This document shows positions 17,198-27,600 of a DNA stretch of 64,000 nucleotides, one piece after another. The notes beneath the pieces were generated by a model. It worked only from the letters and a program-made list of their open reading frames with translations. It did not search any database and was not told the origin of the DNA. This DNA comes from Candidatus Nanopelagicales bacterium. Its GTDB lineage: Bacteria; Actinomycetota; Actinomycetes; S36-B12; JBBQYX01. The stretch covers positions 7,966 to 71,965 of the forward strand of contig JBBQYX010000004.1 of assembly GCA_038208295.1 (NCBI GenBank), written 5' to 3'. The translations under genes and the position numbers were made by a program. How positions within the stretch are numbered: position 1 is the stretch's first letter; each line of letters opens with the position of its first letter.

Positions 17198-17297
17198 GGG
17201 GCGTTCGGGCCGACATCCCCGCCGCGATGATCACCAAGTGGTCTCAACATCGGCAACCCGGCACGTTCTGTCAGCCTCCTCGGGCATACTCCGCCGC

Positions 17298-18854
17298 ATG
17301 TCAGATCGACCCACAGGGGATGCGTCCACTCGTCCACCCGCACGTCGCCGCAGCTGGCTCGCGGCCGGGGCAGCGTTCGTGCTGCTCGGCGTCGCCGCGT
17401 GTGGGTCAGCGACCCAGACCACCGTGCGCGACACCAACAACGAGGTGCCCTTCAACGGGTGCAGCGAGGAGGTGACGTGCACCGGGACTCTGGAGGGGGC
17501 CAACTACGAGATCCTGCTGCCCACCCAGTGGAACGGCACCCTGCTGATCTACAGCCACGGCTACCGCAACGCGCAGCCGGCGCCGCCGGACTTCCAGCCG
17601 GTGAACACCTCGGCCGAGCCGGCGCCGGGCTGGTCCTCGGGGGAAAAGCAGGTTGGTCAGGCGCTGTTGGACAAGGGGTTCGCGCTGGTCGGCTCTTCGT
17701 ATGCGAGCAACGGCTGGGCGGTCGAGGACGGGGTGGCCGCCGGCGAGCAGCTCTACCAGTTCTTCAAGGACAAGGTCGCCACGCCGCAGCGGGTCTACCT
17801 GTGGGGGGACTCCCTCGGTGGGCTGATCACCCAGGTGCTGGCCGAGAAGCACCCGGACTGGGTGGACGGCGTCGCACCGTTCTGCGGGGCCGTTGCCGGG
17901 ATCGTGCCGAACATGGACCTGTCCCTGGACGCCGCCTACGCGGTACGCCAGCTGCTGGTCCCCGGTCTGAAGATCACGAACTTTGCAAGTTATGACGAGG
18001 CGGTCGCCTCGTTCAGCAGCGCCGCGCAGGCGGTCATCGCCGCTGCCAGCGACACGGCCGGCGGTGGGACGGCCAAGGTGCTGATGATCGCGGCGCTGGT
18101 GGACGCACCGTCGCGGACGGCCCGCTACGACGGGTCGACAGTGGAGTCCCGGGTCAAGGGCACCGTCGAGGCGTTGGCGACCGCACTGGGTTTCGGGACG
18201 TTCGGGCGCTACGACGTCGAGGAGCGCTTCGGCGGGAACGTCTCCGGCAACGTCGCGTCCGACTACGCCACCCGCATCTCGGACGAGGACCGCACCCTGA
18301 TCGACACGGTGGGTGGCACGGGAGAGACCGACACCCTGTTGGGCCAGTTGGCCGGGGATCGGATCACTCCGGATGACGCCGCCCGGACCGCGGCGATCGA
18401 GCGGGGCGGAAACCCGATGGGGACGGTCGATGACCCCACCATCACCCTGCACACCGCGGCCGACCCGCTGGTGATCGTGCCGAACGAGTCGTTCCTGAAG
18501 ACCAGGTTCGACAAGGCGTTGGCGGACGGCAAGGCGACCAGCGAGTTGGTGCAGTTGTTCACCGTGCCGCCGGCGACATACTCGGAGGCGGTCGGGGCTC
18601 CGTATGGCGCCGGGCACTGCAACTTCACCCCGGAGAGCCGCCTGGGCGTCATCACTTTGCTGGACGACTGGGTCCGCCGTGGAGTATTCCCCGGGACGGC
18701 TGCCATCGGTCCTGCGCTGGGTGCCGACAGCGGCTATCAGCCCCTGTTCGTGCCGAGTCCATGGCCGGACCCCGCAGCGCTGGAGGTGGGCGTTCTGCCC
18801 GCCGACGGGACCGACGCGCCGATGGAGAGTCCCGCCGAGAGCCCGTCCGCCTGA
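17298..18854 (+). CDS. Secreted alpha/beta-hydrolase-fold lipoprotein (esterase/lipase-like)
   Basis: I set the start at the internal ATG (MSDRPTG...). It has a Tat-like RRRSWL, lipobox LGVAAC and nucleophile elbow WGDSLGG. The substrate is unknown. Confidence 0.65.
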   Translation: MSDRPTGDASTRPPARRRSWLAAGAAFVLLGVAACGSATQTTVRDTNNEVPFNGCSEEVTCTGTLEGANYEILLPTQWNGTLLIYSHGYRNAQPAPPDFQPVNTSAEPAPGWSSGEKQVGQALLDKGFALVGSSYASNGWAVEDGVAAGEQLYQFFKDKVATPQRVYLWGDSLGGLITQVLAEKHPDWVDGVAPFCGAVAGIVPNMDLSLDAAYAVRQLLVPGLKITNFASYDEAVASFSSAAQAVIAAASDTAGGGTAKVLMIAALVDAPSRTARYDGSTVESRVKGTVEALATALGFGTFGRYDVEERFGGNVSGNVASDYATRISDEDRTLIDTVGGTGETDTLLGQLAGDRITPDDAARTAAIERGGNPMGTVDDPTITLHTAADPLVIVPNESFLKTRFDKALADGKATSELVQLFTVPPATYSEAVGAPYGAGHCNFTPESRLGVITLLDDWVRRGVFPGTAAIGPALGADSGYQPLFVPSPWPDPAALEVGVLPADGTDAPMESPAESPSA

Positions 18855-18869
18855 CGGTCGAAGCGGTGC

Positions 18870-18903
18870 GCGAGTCCCGCGGGCTACCGTCCGCGGGACT
18901 CGC
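18870..18903. terminator. Bidirectional 13-bp perfect hairpin between convergent genes
   Basis: GCGAGTCCCGCGG (18870-18882) pairs with CCGCGGGACTCGC (18891-18903). The hairpin spans the stop codon of the minus-strand flippase gene. Confidence 0.6.
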
Positions 18904-20254
18904 GGGCCTGAACCAGCAGGCCGATGCTGACCAGGAGCAGCCCCGCACCCAGCGTCCAGGCGACCACCCCGACCACGGCGGTGGGCTGAGTCACAAGCAC
19001 TGCGCTCACCAGGACGCCGACGCAGGTCCACACGACCAGGACTGCGCGGCGGTCGTCAACGGCGAGCCGTGCGTACAGCAGCAACTGACCCAGCGCGAGC
19101 ACCGAACCCGCAGCCGCGAAGATCCAGACCGTCGGCGCCAGCGCGGCGTACGCCGAACCGGCGACGGCGGCAACAACCAAACCGGGCAACAGCGCCGTGC
19201 CCAGAGTGACCAGCAGCCCGAGGGCCGCCACGATGACGACGGCGCGCACGGCGGCGGACCTGCGGCGGTCGTCCACCAGTCGCGGGAAGGCGATCACGCT
19301 GACCACCTGGGGCAGCCAGAAGGCGATTTTGGCCACGACTGCGCCGGCGGCGTACTGACCGGCCAGATCCGGTGCCAGGACATGCCGCGCCAGGAGCACA
19401 TCGATGTTGGTCAACACGAATAGGGCCAGCAGGGCATGCCCGGCGTGCAGCACGTCGGTCATCAATCCCGCAGGCACGCCCACGCGCTCGGCAGCAGGAC
19501 GCGAAAAGCGCACCAGCGCAGGGCTTTTCGGACCAGTCGGTCGTGCCGACCCGGCCATGTCGTCAGTGGGACGGGGGTCCACCGCCTGATCACGGCCGTC
19601 TTCATGCACTCGGACGGATCCCGTCATCAGCGGCGCGACGACGAACTGGCCGGCCAGCGCCCCGACCCCCGCTCCGATGGCGAAGCCGCCCAGCGCACCC
19701 AGCGGCGAATGCGTCGCCAGCGCACCAGCCAGACCGACGCCGCTCTTGCCGACGCCGGTACACACGTACACCCACCCCACCCGGCCGAAACTCTCCGCGC
19801 CCTGGGCGATCCCCAATTGGGCCCCGGTCACCGTCAACGGAACCAGCGCCGCGGCGACCAGCAGCGGCGGCAGGACACCGTCCAGGTGCAGACCCCAGGC
19901 GAGCAACGGACTGGCCAGCGTCGTCACCGCGGCGACCACGATCCCCGCGACCACTGCAGCGCGCACAACCTGACGGGCGGCGGCCGGCCGGTCAGCGGGG
20001 GACAGCAGGACGAGCCGTCGGGCACCGACGGCCTGCACCGCCAACGCGGCGACATTGCCGATCAGGATCAGCCCGAGCATCGCGCCGAACACCCCGAAGT
20101 CGGCGGGTCCCAGCGCGCGCGCGGCCACCACGGACAGTCCGTACCCGAGGACCTGCGCCACGGCCAGCCCGGCGGCGACCGCGGCCGAATCACCCAACAA
20201 TCGTCGACCGCGATGTGCGGTGGTGCTGCTCAGCGTTCCCCCTCGTCCGGGCAT
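18884..20254 (-). CDS. Polysaccharide/lipid-linked oligosaccharide flippase (Wzx/MurJ-type MOP superfamily)
   Basis: I set the start at the internal ATG 20254 (MPGRGGTLSS...). About 12-14 hydrophobic helices follow. LLGDSAAVAAGLAVAQVLGYGLSVVAARALGPADFGVFGAM is typical of polysaccharide biosynthesis (flippase) proteins. The upstream 116 codons of the track ORF are Arg/Pro-rich. Confidence 0.6.
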   Translation of the reverse strand: MPGRGGTLSSTTAHRGRRLLGDSAAVAAGLAVAQVLGYGLSVVAARALGPADFGVFGAMLGLILIGNVAALAVQAVGARRLVLLSPADRPAAARQVVRAAVVAGIVVAAVTTLASPLLAWGLHLDGVLPPLLVAAALVPLTVTGAQLGIAQGAESFGRVGWVYVCTGVGKSGVGLAGALATHSPLGALGGFAIGAGVGALAGQFVVAPLMTGSVRVHEDGRDQAVDPRPTDDMAGSARPTGPKSPALVRFSRPAAERVGVPAGLMTDVLHAGHALLALFVLTNIDVLLARHVLAPDLAGQYAAGAVVAKIAFWLPQVVSVIAFPRLVDDRRRSAAVRAVVIVAALGLLVTLGTALLPGLVVAAVAGSAYAALAPTVWIFAAAGSVLALGQLLLYARLAVDDRRAVLVVWTCVGVLVSAVLVTQPTAVVGVVAWTLGAGLLLVSIGLLVQARESRGR

Positions 20255-20364
20255 GATGGCCGGCCACGACCCTAGACGGACCGGCCCGGCTGCCACGCCG
20301 CACTCGGGGACAGGCGGCTGGCTCCGGACCGGATCCGGGCACCCGACATTGGGCTGGCCAGCCG

Positions 20365-22275
20365 ATGCGGCGTCCCCCGCCGGCTCAGGTGATCGGTCAG
20401 GTGGATGGCTCGAGCGGACAGGGAGGGCCGGTGCGACAGGCGACCAGGCGGAACCTCCTTGTCGCCGGCTGGATCGCCGGGCTCGCTGTCCTGGCGCTCG
20501 CCCCGACGCTGCGGGCCGGCTACACGTTGAGTTACGACCTCGTGTTCGTCCCCCGTCAGGACCTGCTGCCCGCGACGCTGGGCCTGTCCGAAGCCCTGCC
20601 ACGGGCCGTCCCGCAAGACGCCGTCCTGACGCTGCTCACGGCGGTGGCTCCCGGCTGGGTCTGGGAGAAGCTGGCCCTCTTCGGTGTGCTCGGGCTGGCC
20701 GGAGCAGGCGCGGTACGGATCACCCGGGGCCTGCCGACCTGGGCCCGCGCAACGGCCGGCGGACTGGCCCTGTGGAACCCCTACGTCGCCGAGCGGCTGG
20801 TCATCGGCCATTGGGGGCTGCTGCTGGCGTACGCCTGCCTGCCCTGGGCGCTGGTTGCCGCTCGGGACGTGCGGTCGGGACCACCCACCGGAGCCTGGGC
20901 ACGGCTGCTGCTGCTGATCGGCCTGGCGTCGCTGACCCCGACCGGCGGGTTGTTGATCATCGTGCTGGCGGTGCCGGTCGCCGTCGGACCCGGCTCGCTG
21001 GTGGCCACGGCGCGCCGGTGGCTCCTGGTGTCCGGCGCGGTGTTGCTGCAACTGCCGTGGTTGTTGCCGGCGCTGCTGCATCCCCAGGCATCCGTCGATC
21101 CGGCTGGGGTCGCGGCCTTTGGCCTGCGTACCGAGACGCCGTTCGACGGCCCCGTCGGTGCCGTGCTCACCGCGTTGGGTGGCGGCGGGGTGTGGAACGC
21201 GGGCGCTGTCCCGGCCAGCCGGGGAACCCCCTGGGCGCTGGTTGGCACGGTGCTGCTGGTTGCGCTGGCGGTCGTCGGCGCCCGCGCCACCGCGACGCTG
21301 CTGGGGTGGCCCATCATGATCTGGCTGTCGACCTGTGCCGCCGCGGGGCTGCTCGTGGCGCTGCTGTCCGCCACCGGTTGGGGTTTGTGGGTGCAACTCG
21401 TGACGGGGGTCTCCGGCGGCGGCCTGTTGCGCGATAGCCAGAAGGTGTTGGCGCCGTTGGTGTTTCTGATCGCTATCGCGGCGGTCGTCGGGGCCGTCCA
21501 GGTGGTGCAGCGGGTACGCGATCCCGGCGCCGCTCTGGCGCTGACCGGTGCTGCCGTCCTGCTGCCGCTGCTGCTGTTGCCGGACATGGTCGCTGGCGTC
21601 GCCGGGCGGTTGTCGGCGGTGTCCTATCCCGCGGACTGGTACGCGATGCGCCAGGCGCTGCAGGCCGACGAACGCCCCGGCGACGTGGTGGTCCTGCCCT
21701 GGTCGACATTCCGCCGGTTCACCTGGAATCCCGGCCGGACGGTTCTGGACCCCGCCGCCCGCTGGCTGCCCCGCTCATCGGTGGTGGACGACCGTCTGGT
21801 CGTGGCCCGCCCGGATGGGACGTACGTGACGCTGGCCGCCGAGGACCCGCGCGGCGCGGTCGTCGGCGCGGCTCTGGACGCGAATCGACCCTTGCTGGAG
21901 GTGCTGCCGGATCTGGGGGTGGGCTGGGTCCTGGTCGAGTCCGGCCAGCCGGTGCCGATCCCGACGCGGGCCTTGGCCGGGCTGGAACGGGTGCCCCTAC
22001 CTACGGTGGCCGAGGGTGCGTTGCCACCGACCGGGCCCGCGCCGGCGGCCGAGGCCTGGCTCGAGTTGTGGCGGGTGCCCGGCGACATCGCCGCCCGGCC
22101 ATGGCCGGCCGCCACGGTCCCGGTGGTGGCCGTCGACATAACCGCACTGCTGCTACTCGGCGCCAGCGCAGGCGTGCTGATCAACGCTCGACGCGGAAGT
22201 GGCCGAGCAGCCCGTGTTCGCGGGCGGGCGCTGTTACAGTCCGGATCAGCAGAGCAACCCACAGGGGAGACGTGA
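20365..22275 (+). CDS. Large polytopic membrane protein, possible GT-C-type envelope glycosyltransferase (function unproven)
   Basis: 636 aa with many hydrophobic helices in the first ~430 aa and a soluble C-terminal domain. It is divergent from the flippase gene and lies in an AftD-type cluster. Confidence 0.55.
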   Translation: MRRPPPAQVIGQVDGSSGQGGPVRQATRRNLLVAGWIAGLAVLALAPTLRAGYTLSYDLVFVPRQDLLPATLGLSEALPRAVPQDAVLTLLTAVAPGWVWEKLALFGVLGLAGAGAVRITRGLPTWARATAGGLALWNPYVAERLVIGHWGLLLAYACLPWALVAARDVRSGPPTGAWARLLLLIGLASLTPTGGLLIIVLAVPVAVGPGSLVATARRWLLVSGAVLLQLPWLLPALLHPQASVDPAGVAAFGLRTETPFDGPVGAVLTALGGGGVWNAGAVPASRGTPWALVGTVLLVALAVVGARATATLLGWPIMIWLSTCAAAGLLVALLSATGWGLWVQLVTGVSGGGLLRDSQKVLAPLVFLIAIAAVVGAVQVVQRVRDPGAALALTGAAVLLPLLLLPDMVAGVAGRLSAVSYPADWYAMRQALQADERPGDVVVLPWSTFRRFTWNPGRTVLDPAARWLPRSSVVDDRLVVARPDGTYVTLAAEDPRGAVVGAALDANRPLLEVLPDLGVGWVLVESGQPVPIPTRALAGLERVPLPTVAEGALPPTGPAPAAEAWLELWRVPGDIAARPWPAATVPVVAVDITALLLLGASAGVLINARRGSGRAARVRGRALLQSGSAEQPTGET

Positions 22276-22279
22276 ACAG

Positions 22280-22420
22280 ATGAACGCCGTTCTCGGGCCG
22301 ATCGTCGCCGTCGTCGTCGGCGGCATCATTGCGGGCCTCGGCTCGTGGGGCCTGGTGGCCTCCCAGACCGCTACCCCCGAACCGCCCAACGCCCCCTTCG
22401 TGGTCTACGGCACCCGCTGA
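22280..22420 (+). CDS. Small membrane/secreted protein, DUF2613-like (resembles the small secreted protein next to mycobacterial aftD)
   Basis: I chose the ATG at 22280 after a GGGGAGA RBS. The 46-aa product has a single TM helix (GPIVAVVVGGIIAGLGSWGLV) and ends in VVYGTR. Confidence 0.55.
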   Translation: MNAVLGPIVAVVVGGIIAGLGSWGLVASQTATPEPPNAPFVVYGTR

Positions 22421-22466
22421 CCGTGCGTACGCCCGCCTGATCTGGTTCGGGCCGCCGTCGACCCGT

Positions 22467-23816
22467 TCAGCCCTCGTCGTGGTGAATCTGGGCGGGAGCA
22501 GCTGGCGGCGCCACGCGAACATGCATCCCGGGAGCAACGACGCCCCGTCTCCCGCCGTCCAGCGCCAGACCGTTACGGACCTGCGCGTGCTCCCGATCGG
22601 ACACCGCCGACTCGATCACCGCGGCGAAGGCCGCGGCCGTGTCCGCCCAGCCGAACGTCCCCGATCGCTCCCGAGCCTGCTCGCCATACTCCTTGCGCAG
22701 CAACGGATCCCCAAGTAGAGCAGCCAACGCGGCAGTAAACTCCGGCTCGGCGCCGTCGACCAGGATCCCCGTACGGCCGTCCACGATCGACTCCGCGACA
22801 CCGCCGGCGGCGCGGTAACCCACCGCCGGGACGCCGTGCCCGGCGGCCTCCAGGACCACCAGCCCCCAGCCCTCCTTCAGCGACGGCAGGGCGAGCACCC
22901 AGGCCCGGGCGAGCTCGGTGTGCTTGCGGGCCTCGTCGACAAAGCCGACGAACTCGACCAGGTCGTCGACGCCCAGCCTGTGCGCATGTTCGCCCAGCCG
23001 CGGCGCCCACCAGCCGTCGCCGACCACCGCGACCCGCAGCCCGGGGTGGTCGCTGCGCAACGCAGCCGCGGCGGTCAGTACGTGCTCGACCCGCTTGTGC
23101 GGCACCAGCCTGCCCAGCACCAGGATCCGGGGTTCGGGATCGGGGCCGTACGCCGTCTCCGGCGGCGCTGCGGTCCCGTTGTGCACCACCGAGATTCGGT
23201 CGGCGTCGACGCCGAGGCCGACGAGTTCGTCGCGGGTGGCCGCGGACACCGCGACGTAGCGGGATCGCCGGTAGACCCGCGGCGCGAACCGGGATTCCAG
23301 GAACCAGCCGATCCGGGAGCGCACCGGGCCGTAGACGACCGGCCACTGCTCACGATGGACGTGGTGGACCAGCACCACGACCGGCGCGTGGGTCGCCAAT
23401 GGGGAGCAGAAGGGGATGCCGTTTTGGACGTCGACGACGACATCAGGGGTCCCTAGCCGCCCGGACCGCAGCAGCCGCAGCGCCGTCGGGTAGACGCCAA
23501 GTTTCGAGCCGGCGCGCACGATGCGCACCCCGTCGACGATCTCCTCGGCCGCCCCCCGCGGGTGAGCGGCACAGAACAGGGTCACGGCATGGCCGGCCGC
23601 GGCCAGCGACCGAGCGACGCTCTCGACGTAGACCTCGGAGCCGCCGCCCTCCGGGTGCGCGGTGTCCCGCCAGTTGCAAAACAGCAGCCGCAACCTGCGC
23701 TCGGGGGGCTGCTCGGCCCCCGACTGCTCGGTCCTCGAAAGCTCGACCCTCGACTTCGCAGCCGGTGACTGTCCGGCGTACGTCTGCCCGGGCTGTTCGG
23801 CCACCGGCACCCCCAT
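22467..23816 (-). CDS. GT4-family (GT-B fold) glycosyltransferase
   Basis: I set the start at the internal ATG 23816. It contains GGGSEVYVESVARSLAAAGHAVTLF and the E-x7-E region LKEGWGLVVLEAAGHGVPAVGY. Confidence 0.85.
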   Translation of the reverse strand: MGVPVAEQPGQTYAGQSPAAKSRVELSRTEQSGAEQPPERRLRLLFCNWRDTAHPEGGGSEVYVESVARSLAAAGHAVTLFCAAHPRGAAEEIVDGVRIVRAGSKLGVYPTALRLLRSGRLGTPDVVVDVQNGIPFCSPLATHAPVVVLVHHVHREQWPVVYGPVRSRIGWFLESRFAPRVYRRSRYVAVSAATRDELVGLGVDADRISVVHNGTAAPPETAYGPDPEPRILVLGRLVPHKRVEHVLTAAAALRSDHPGLRVAVVGDGWWAPRLGEHAHRLGVDDLVEFVGFVDEARKHTELARAWVLALPSLKEGWGLVVLEAAGHGVPAVGYRAAGGVAESIVDGRTGILVDGAEPEFTAALAALLGDPLLRKEYGEQARERSGTFGWADTAAAFAAVIESAVSDREHAQVRNGLALDGGRRGVVAPGMHVRVAPPAAPAQIHHDEG

Positions 23817-23867
23817 CTCGACGAGTCTTGAGCAAACCGTGACCGTACCCGGCGTCACGCCCTCCCC

Positions 23868-24674
23868 GTGGGCAGATACCGTCCCCAGGTGCCACCGGAC
23901 CAGCTCGCTCCTTCCCGGAGCAAGGTGTCCGTGGTGCGGGCCGGGCAGCGGCCACCAGCATCCACGGCCCGCTCGATCCGGCTGCTGCGGGCGTTCACGG
24001 TCGAGCAGAGTGACCCCGACCACTTCTACGGCACTCTTGCCCAGGACTCTGCCGAGCAATTGGCTGCGTTCCACCGGCTGCGGGGGGCGTTGCTGCTGGA
24101 CGTCGGCGGGGGGCCGGGCTACTTCGACGATGCGTTCACCGCAGCCGGTGCGACCTACGTCGCCGTGGATGCCGACGCCGGGGAGCTGCGCTTGCACGGC
24201 CGCTCACCGGGACCGCGTACGGTCCAGGGCTCCGGCACCGCCCTGCCGATCCGCACCGGCAGCGTCGACATCGCCTACTCCTCCAACGTGGCCGAGCATG
24301 TCGAGGACCTGCCCGGATTCGCCGACGAAATGGTTCGCGTCACGAGATCAGGCGGCACCATCTATCTGTCGTACATGCTCTGGTACGGCCCGCACGGCGG
24401 CCACGAAACCTCCCCCTGGCACTATTTCGGGGGTCGCTACGCCGCGGACCGGTATGCCCGCCGAAACGGCCACCGGCCCAAGAATGACTACGGCCGCAGC
24501 CTGTTCCGTACGACCGCAACGCAGGGACTCCGCTGGGCGGAACACCACGCAACTGCCGATCTGGTCTACCGGGGCAGCCGCTACCTGCCGCGCTGGGCGC
24601 AGCCGGTCATCCACGTACCGGGGCTGCGGGAACTCGGCCTGTGGAACCTCGTTCTGGTGCTGAGGAAACGATGA
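23868..24674 (+). CDS. Class I SAM-dependent methyltransferase
   Basis: It has motif I LLLDVGGGPGYF, post-I VAVDAD and SVDIAYSSNVAEHV. Its stop overlaps the AftD-like start (ATGA). The exact start is uncertain. Confidence 0.8.
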   Translation: MGRYRPQVPPDQLAPSRSKVSVVRAGQRPPASTARSIRLLRAFTVEQSDPDHFYGTLAQDSAEQLAAFHRLRGALLLDVGGGPGYFDDAFTAAGATYVAVDADAGELRLHGRSPGPRTVQGSGTALPIRTGSVDIAYSSNVAEHVEDLPGFADEMVRVTRSGGTIYLSYMLWYGPHGGHETSPWHYFGGRYAADRYARRNGHRPKNDYGRSLFRTTATQGLRWAEHHATADLVYRGSRYLPRWAQPVIHVPGLRELGLWNLVLVLRKR

Positions 24675-27600
24675 CTCCGGTCAGCCGCCTGCGGCTGGCC
24701 GCCACCTGCCTGCTGTTGACGCTCGTCGCCTTCGTTCAGGAACCCGGCCGGATCGTCCCGGACACCAAACTCGACCTCACCGTCAACCCCGGCGCCATGA
24801 TGGGACGGGCGCTGCACCTGTGGGACCCACTGGGGTTCGCCGGACAGGTGCAGAACCAGGGCTACGGCTATCTGTGGCCGATGGCGCCGTTCTTCTGGCT
24901 CGGTGAGCACGCCGGTGTCCCGGTGTGGGTGGTGCAGCGGGTCTGGTGGGCGCTGCTGCTGGTTCTCGCGTGTACGGGCGTCGTGGCACTGCTCAACCGG
25001 CTCGGGATCGGCGTGCCGTGGAGCCGGTTGCTGGCGGGGGTGGCGTACGCGCTGGCACCGCGGATGCTGACGACACTGGGCCCGATCTCCGCCGAGGCGT
25101 TGCCGATGGCCCTGGCGCCGTGGGTGCTGGTGCCGCTGGTGACCGGATCGCTGCGCGGGAGTACGCGCCGGGCCGCGGGGCTGTCCGGCCTGGCGGTGCT
25201 CTGTGTGGGCGGCGTCAACGCGGTCGCCAGCGCCACCGTCCTGGTCCTGCCGGCGCTATGGCTGGCGACCCGCCCGCGCGGCGCCCGCCGCCGAGGGCTG
25301 TCGCTGTGGTGGGTGCTCGCCGTCTGCCTGGCGACCCTGTGGTGGGCCGCGCCGCTGCTGGTGCTGGGCCGGGTCAGCCCGCCGTTCCTGGACTTCATCG
25401 AGTCGGCCACGACGACCACCCTGCCCGGCAGCCTGGTGGAGGTGCTGCGCGGGACTGACCACTGGGTCGCCTTCGTTCTCGGCCCGGACGGTCCCACCTG
25501 GCGCGCCGGCTGGGCGCTGATCACGATCGGCGTCGTCGTGGTCTACACCGGGCTGGTCGCCGCAACCGGCCTGGTCGGGCTGACGCTGCGGAGCCTGCCG
25601 CACCGCACCTGGCTGCGGTCCGGCTTCGCCGTCGGACTGCTGATGATCACGTTCGGGCACACCGGGCCGGCGGCCGGGCTGTTCGCCGGGCCGCAGCAGA
25701 GCCTGCTGGACGGGGTGCTCGCGCCGCTGCGCAACATTCACAAGTACGACCCGGTGCTGCGGCTGGTCCTGGTCATCGGGATCGCGCACGCGTTGGCGAT
25801 GCTGCCGATGCTGGCTGTTCGGCGTGCCGACTTCCGCCCCGTCGTGCCCGCCGTCGCCGCCCTGGTGGTGCTCGCCGTCGCCGGCGCCGCCTGGCCGGCG
25901 TGGCAGGCGAACATCGCACCGCGTGGGTCCTACCTGACCTTGCCGGATTACTGGGACCAGGCCTCCCGTTACGTCGCCGAGCGCGATCCGCAGGGGCGGT
26001 CCCTCGTGCTGCCGGGGGCGTCGTTCGCTCGCTTTACCTGGGGCGTCACCCGGGACGAGCCCTTCCAGGCGTACGGGCGGTCCCCGTGGGTCGTACGCGA
26101 TGCCATCCCGCTGACCCCGCCGGCGACGATCCGGATGCTGGATGCGGTGCAACGCCGGGTCGCCGCCGGGCTGCCCTCGCCCGGTCTGGGTGCCGCGCTG
26201 GCCGGCGCGGGAGTGCATTACGTCGTGGTCCGCAACGACGTGGACACCGCCGGGCGGCTGGCCACGCTGCCGTCGCTGGTGCACGAAACCCTCGCCGGAG
26301 CCGCCGGGATCGATCTGGTGGCCTCGTTCGGCCCCTACGTCGGCGGTCAGATCGACGACACCACGGTGGTCGACAGGGGCCTGTCGGTGCCCTACCGCGC
26401 GGTCGAGGTGTACGAGGTCCAGGCCGCCCGAGAACCGGTCGAACTCGTTGCGCTGCAACAGGTCCCGCGAGTTGTCGGCGGACCCGAGGACCTGGCGGCC
26501 GGCCGCGACGCCGGACTGCTCGGCGCGGGCCCGGCTGTCCTGGCCGGTGATGCCGTACCCGCCCAGGGACCGCTGATCCAGGCCGACGGGATCGCCCGGC
26601 GGGAGCTCAACCCGGGCCAGGTCGACGACAACGTCAGCGCCCGGCTCACCCAGACCGACCCGCTCACCCTGGACCGCAAGGTCCGCGACTACCCGGCCTT
26701 CCCCGACGACCGCGCCGACGCCCCGGCGACCTGGACCGGGACCGTGCAGGCGGACGCGTCCAGCCAGGGCTCGGATGCGGACACCCCCGGCGGTCCGGTG
26801 CCGGTCCACCAAGCGGCCGCCGCGATCGACGGCGACGGCACGACGTCGTGGCGGTCGGACCCGACCTTCGGGGCGGTCGGGGCGTGGCTGCAGGTGCGTA
26901 CGGACACCCCCCGGGACTTCTCGGTCGCCACGCTGCGGGTCGACACCGATACGCCCGGACCTCGGGTCACCCGGGTACGCGTCAGCACGGACACCGAGTC
27001 GGTACTGCGCGACGTCCCGGCCAACGGTCGCGTCACACTGCGGGCGCCGCCGGAACCCAGCCGTACGTTGCGGATCACCGCCGACGCCGTCCTGGGAAGC
27101 GGCCGTGGCGTCGTCTTCGGGGTGAGCGAGGTGAGCGTGCTGGGCCTGGACCCGTCCACCACGGGCCGCGGGTCGATCGCCCCACGAGCGGACGCGAAAC
27201 CGCGCGCCACCGTCGTCACGGCGGCGGTCAACAGCCGCCCGACCTGCGTCCACCCCGGCGACACCGCGTTCTGCACCGATCTGCTGGCGCGGGCCGGGGA
27301 GGAGGCGGCCGGCTTGGACCGTACGGTCGACCTCGGTGGCCCGGGTACGCGGCAGGTGCGGGTCACGGCTGCGGCCCGCCCCGGCACCTGGCTGACCGAC
27401 GTGGTGTCCCAGGCGGACGACGGCTTCACGGTGAGCGCGACCTCGGCCCTGCTCGGTGGTCCGGCGACCGGCCCGCGGGCGGCTCTGGACCTCGACCTCA
27501 GCACCGCCTGGCTGGCGCGCGCCGACGACCGGACCCCCACCCTGACGATCGACCTCGGGCAGCCACGCACGGTCACCGGGCTGCGGCTGACCCAGCAGCT

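Noticed and set aside
25256-27253. 665-aa minus-strand ORF
   Set aside because: It is antisense to the AftD-like gene. Its composition is Arg/Gly/Pro-biased with no hydrophobic or catalytic motifs.
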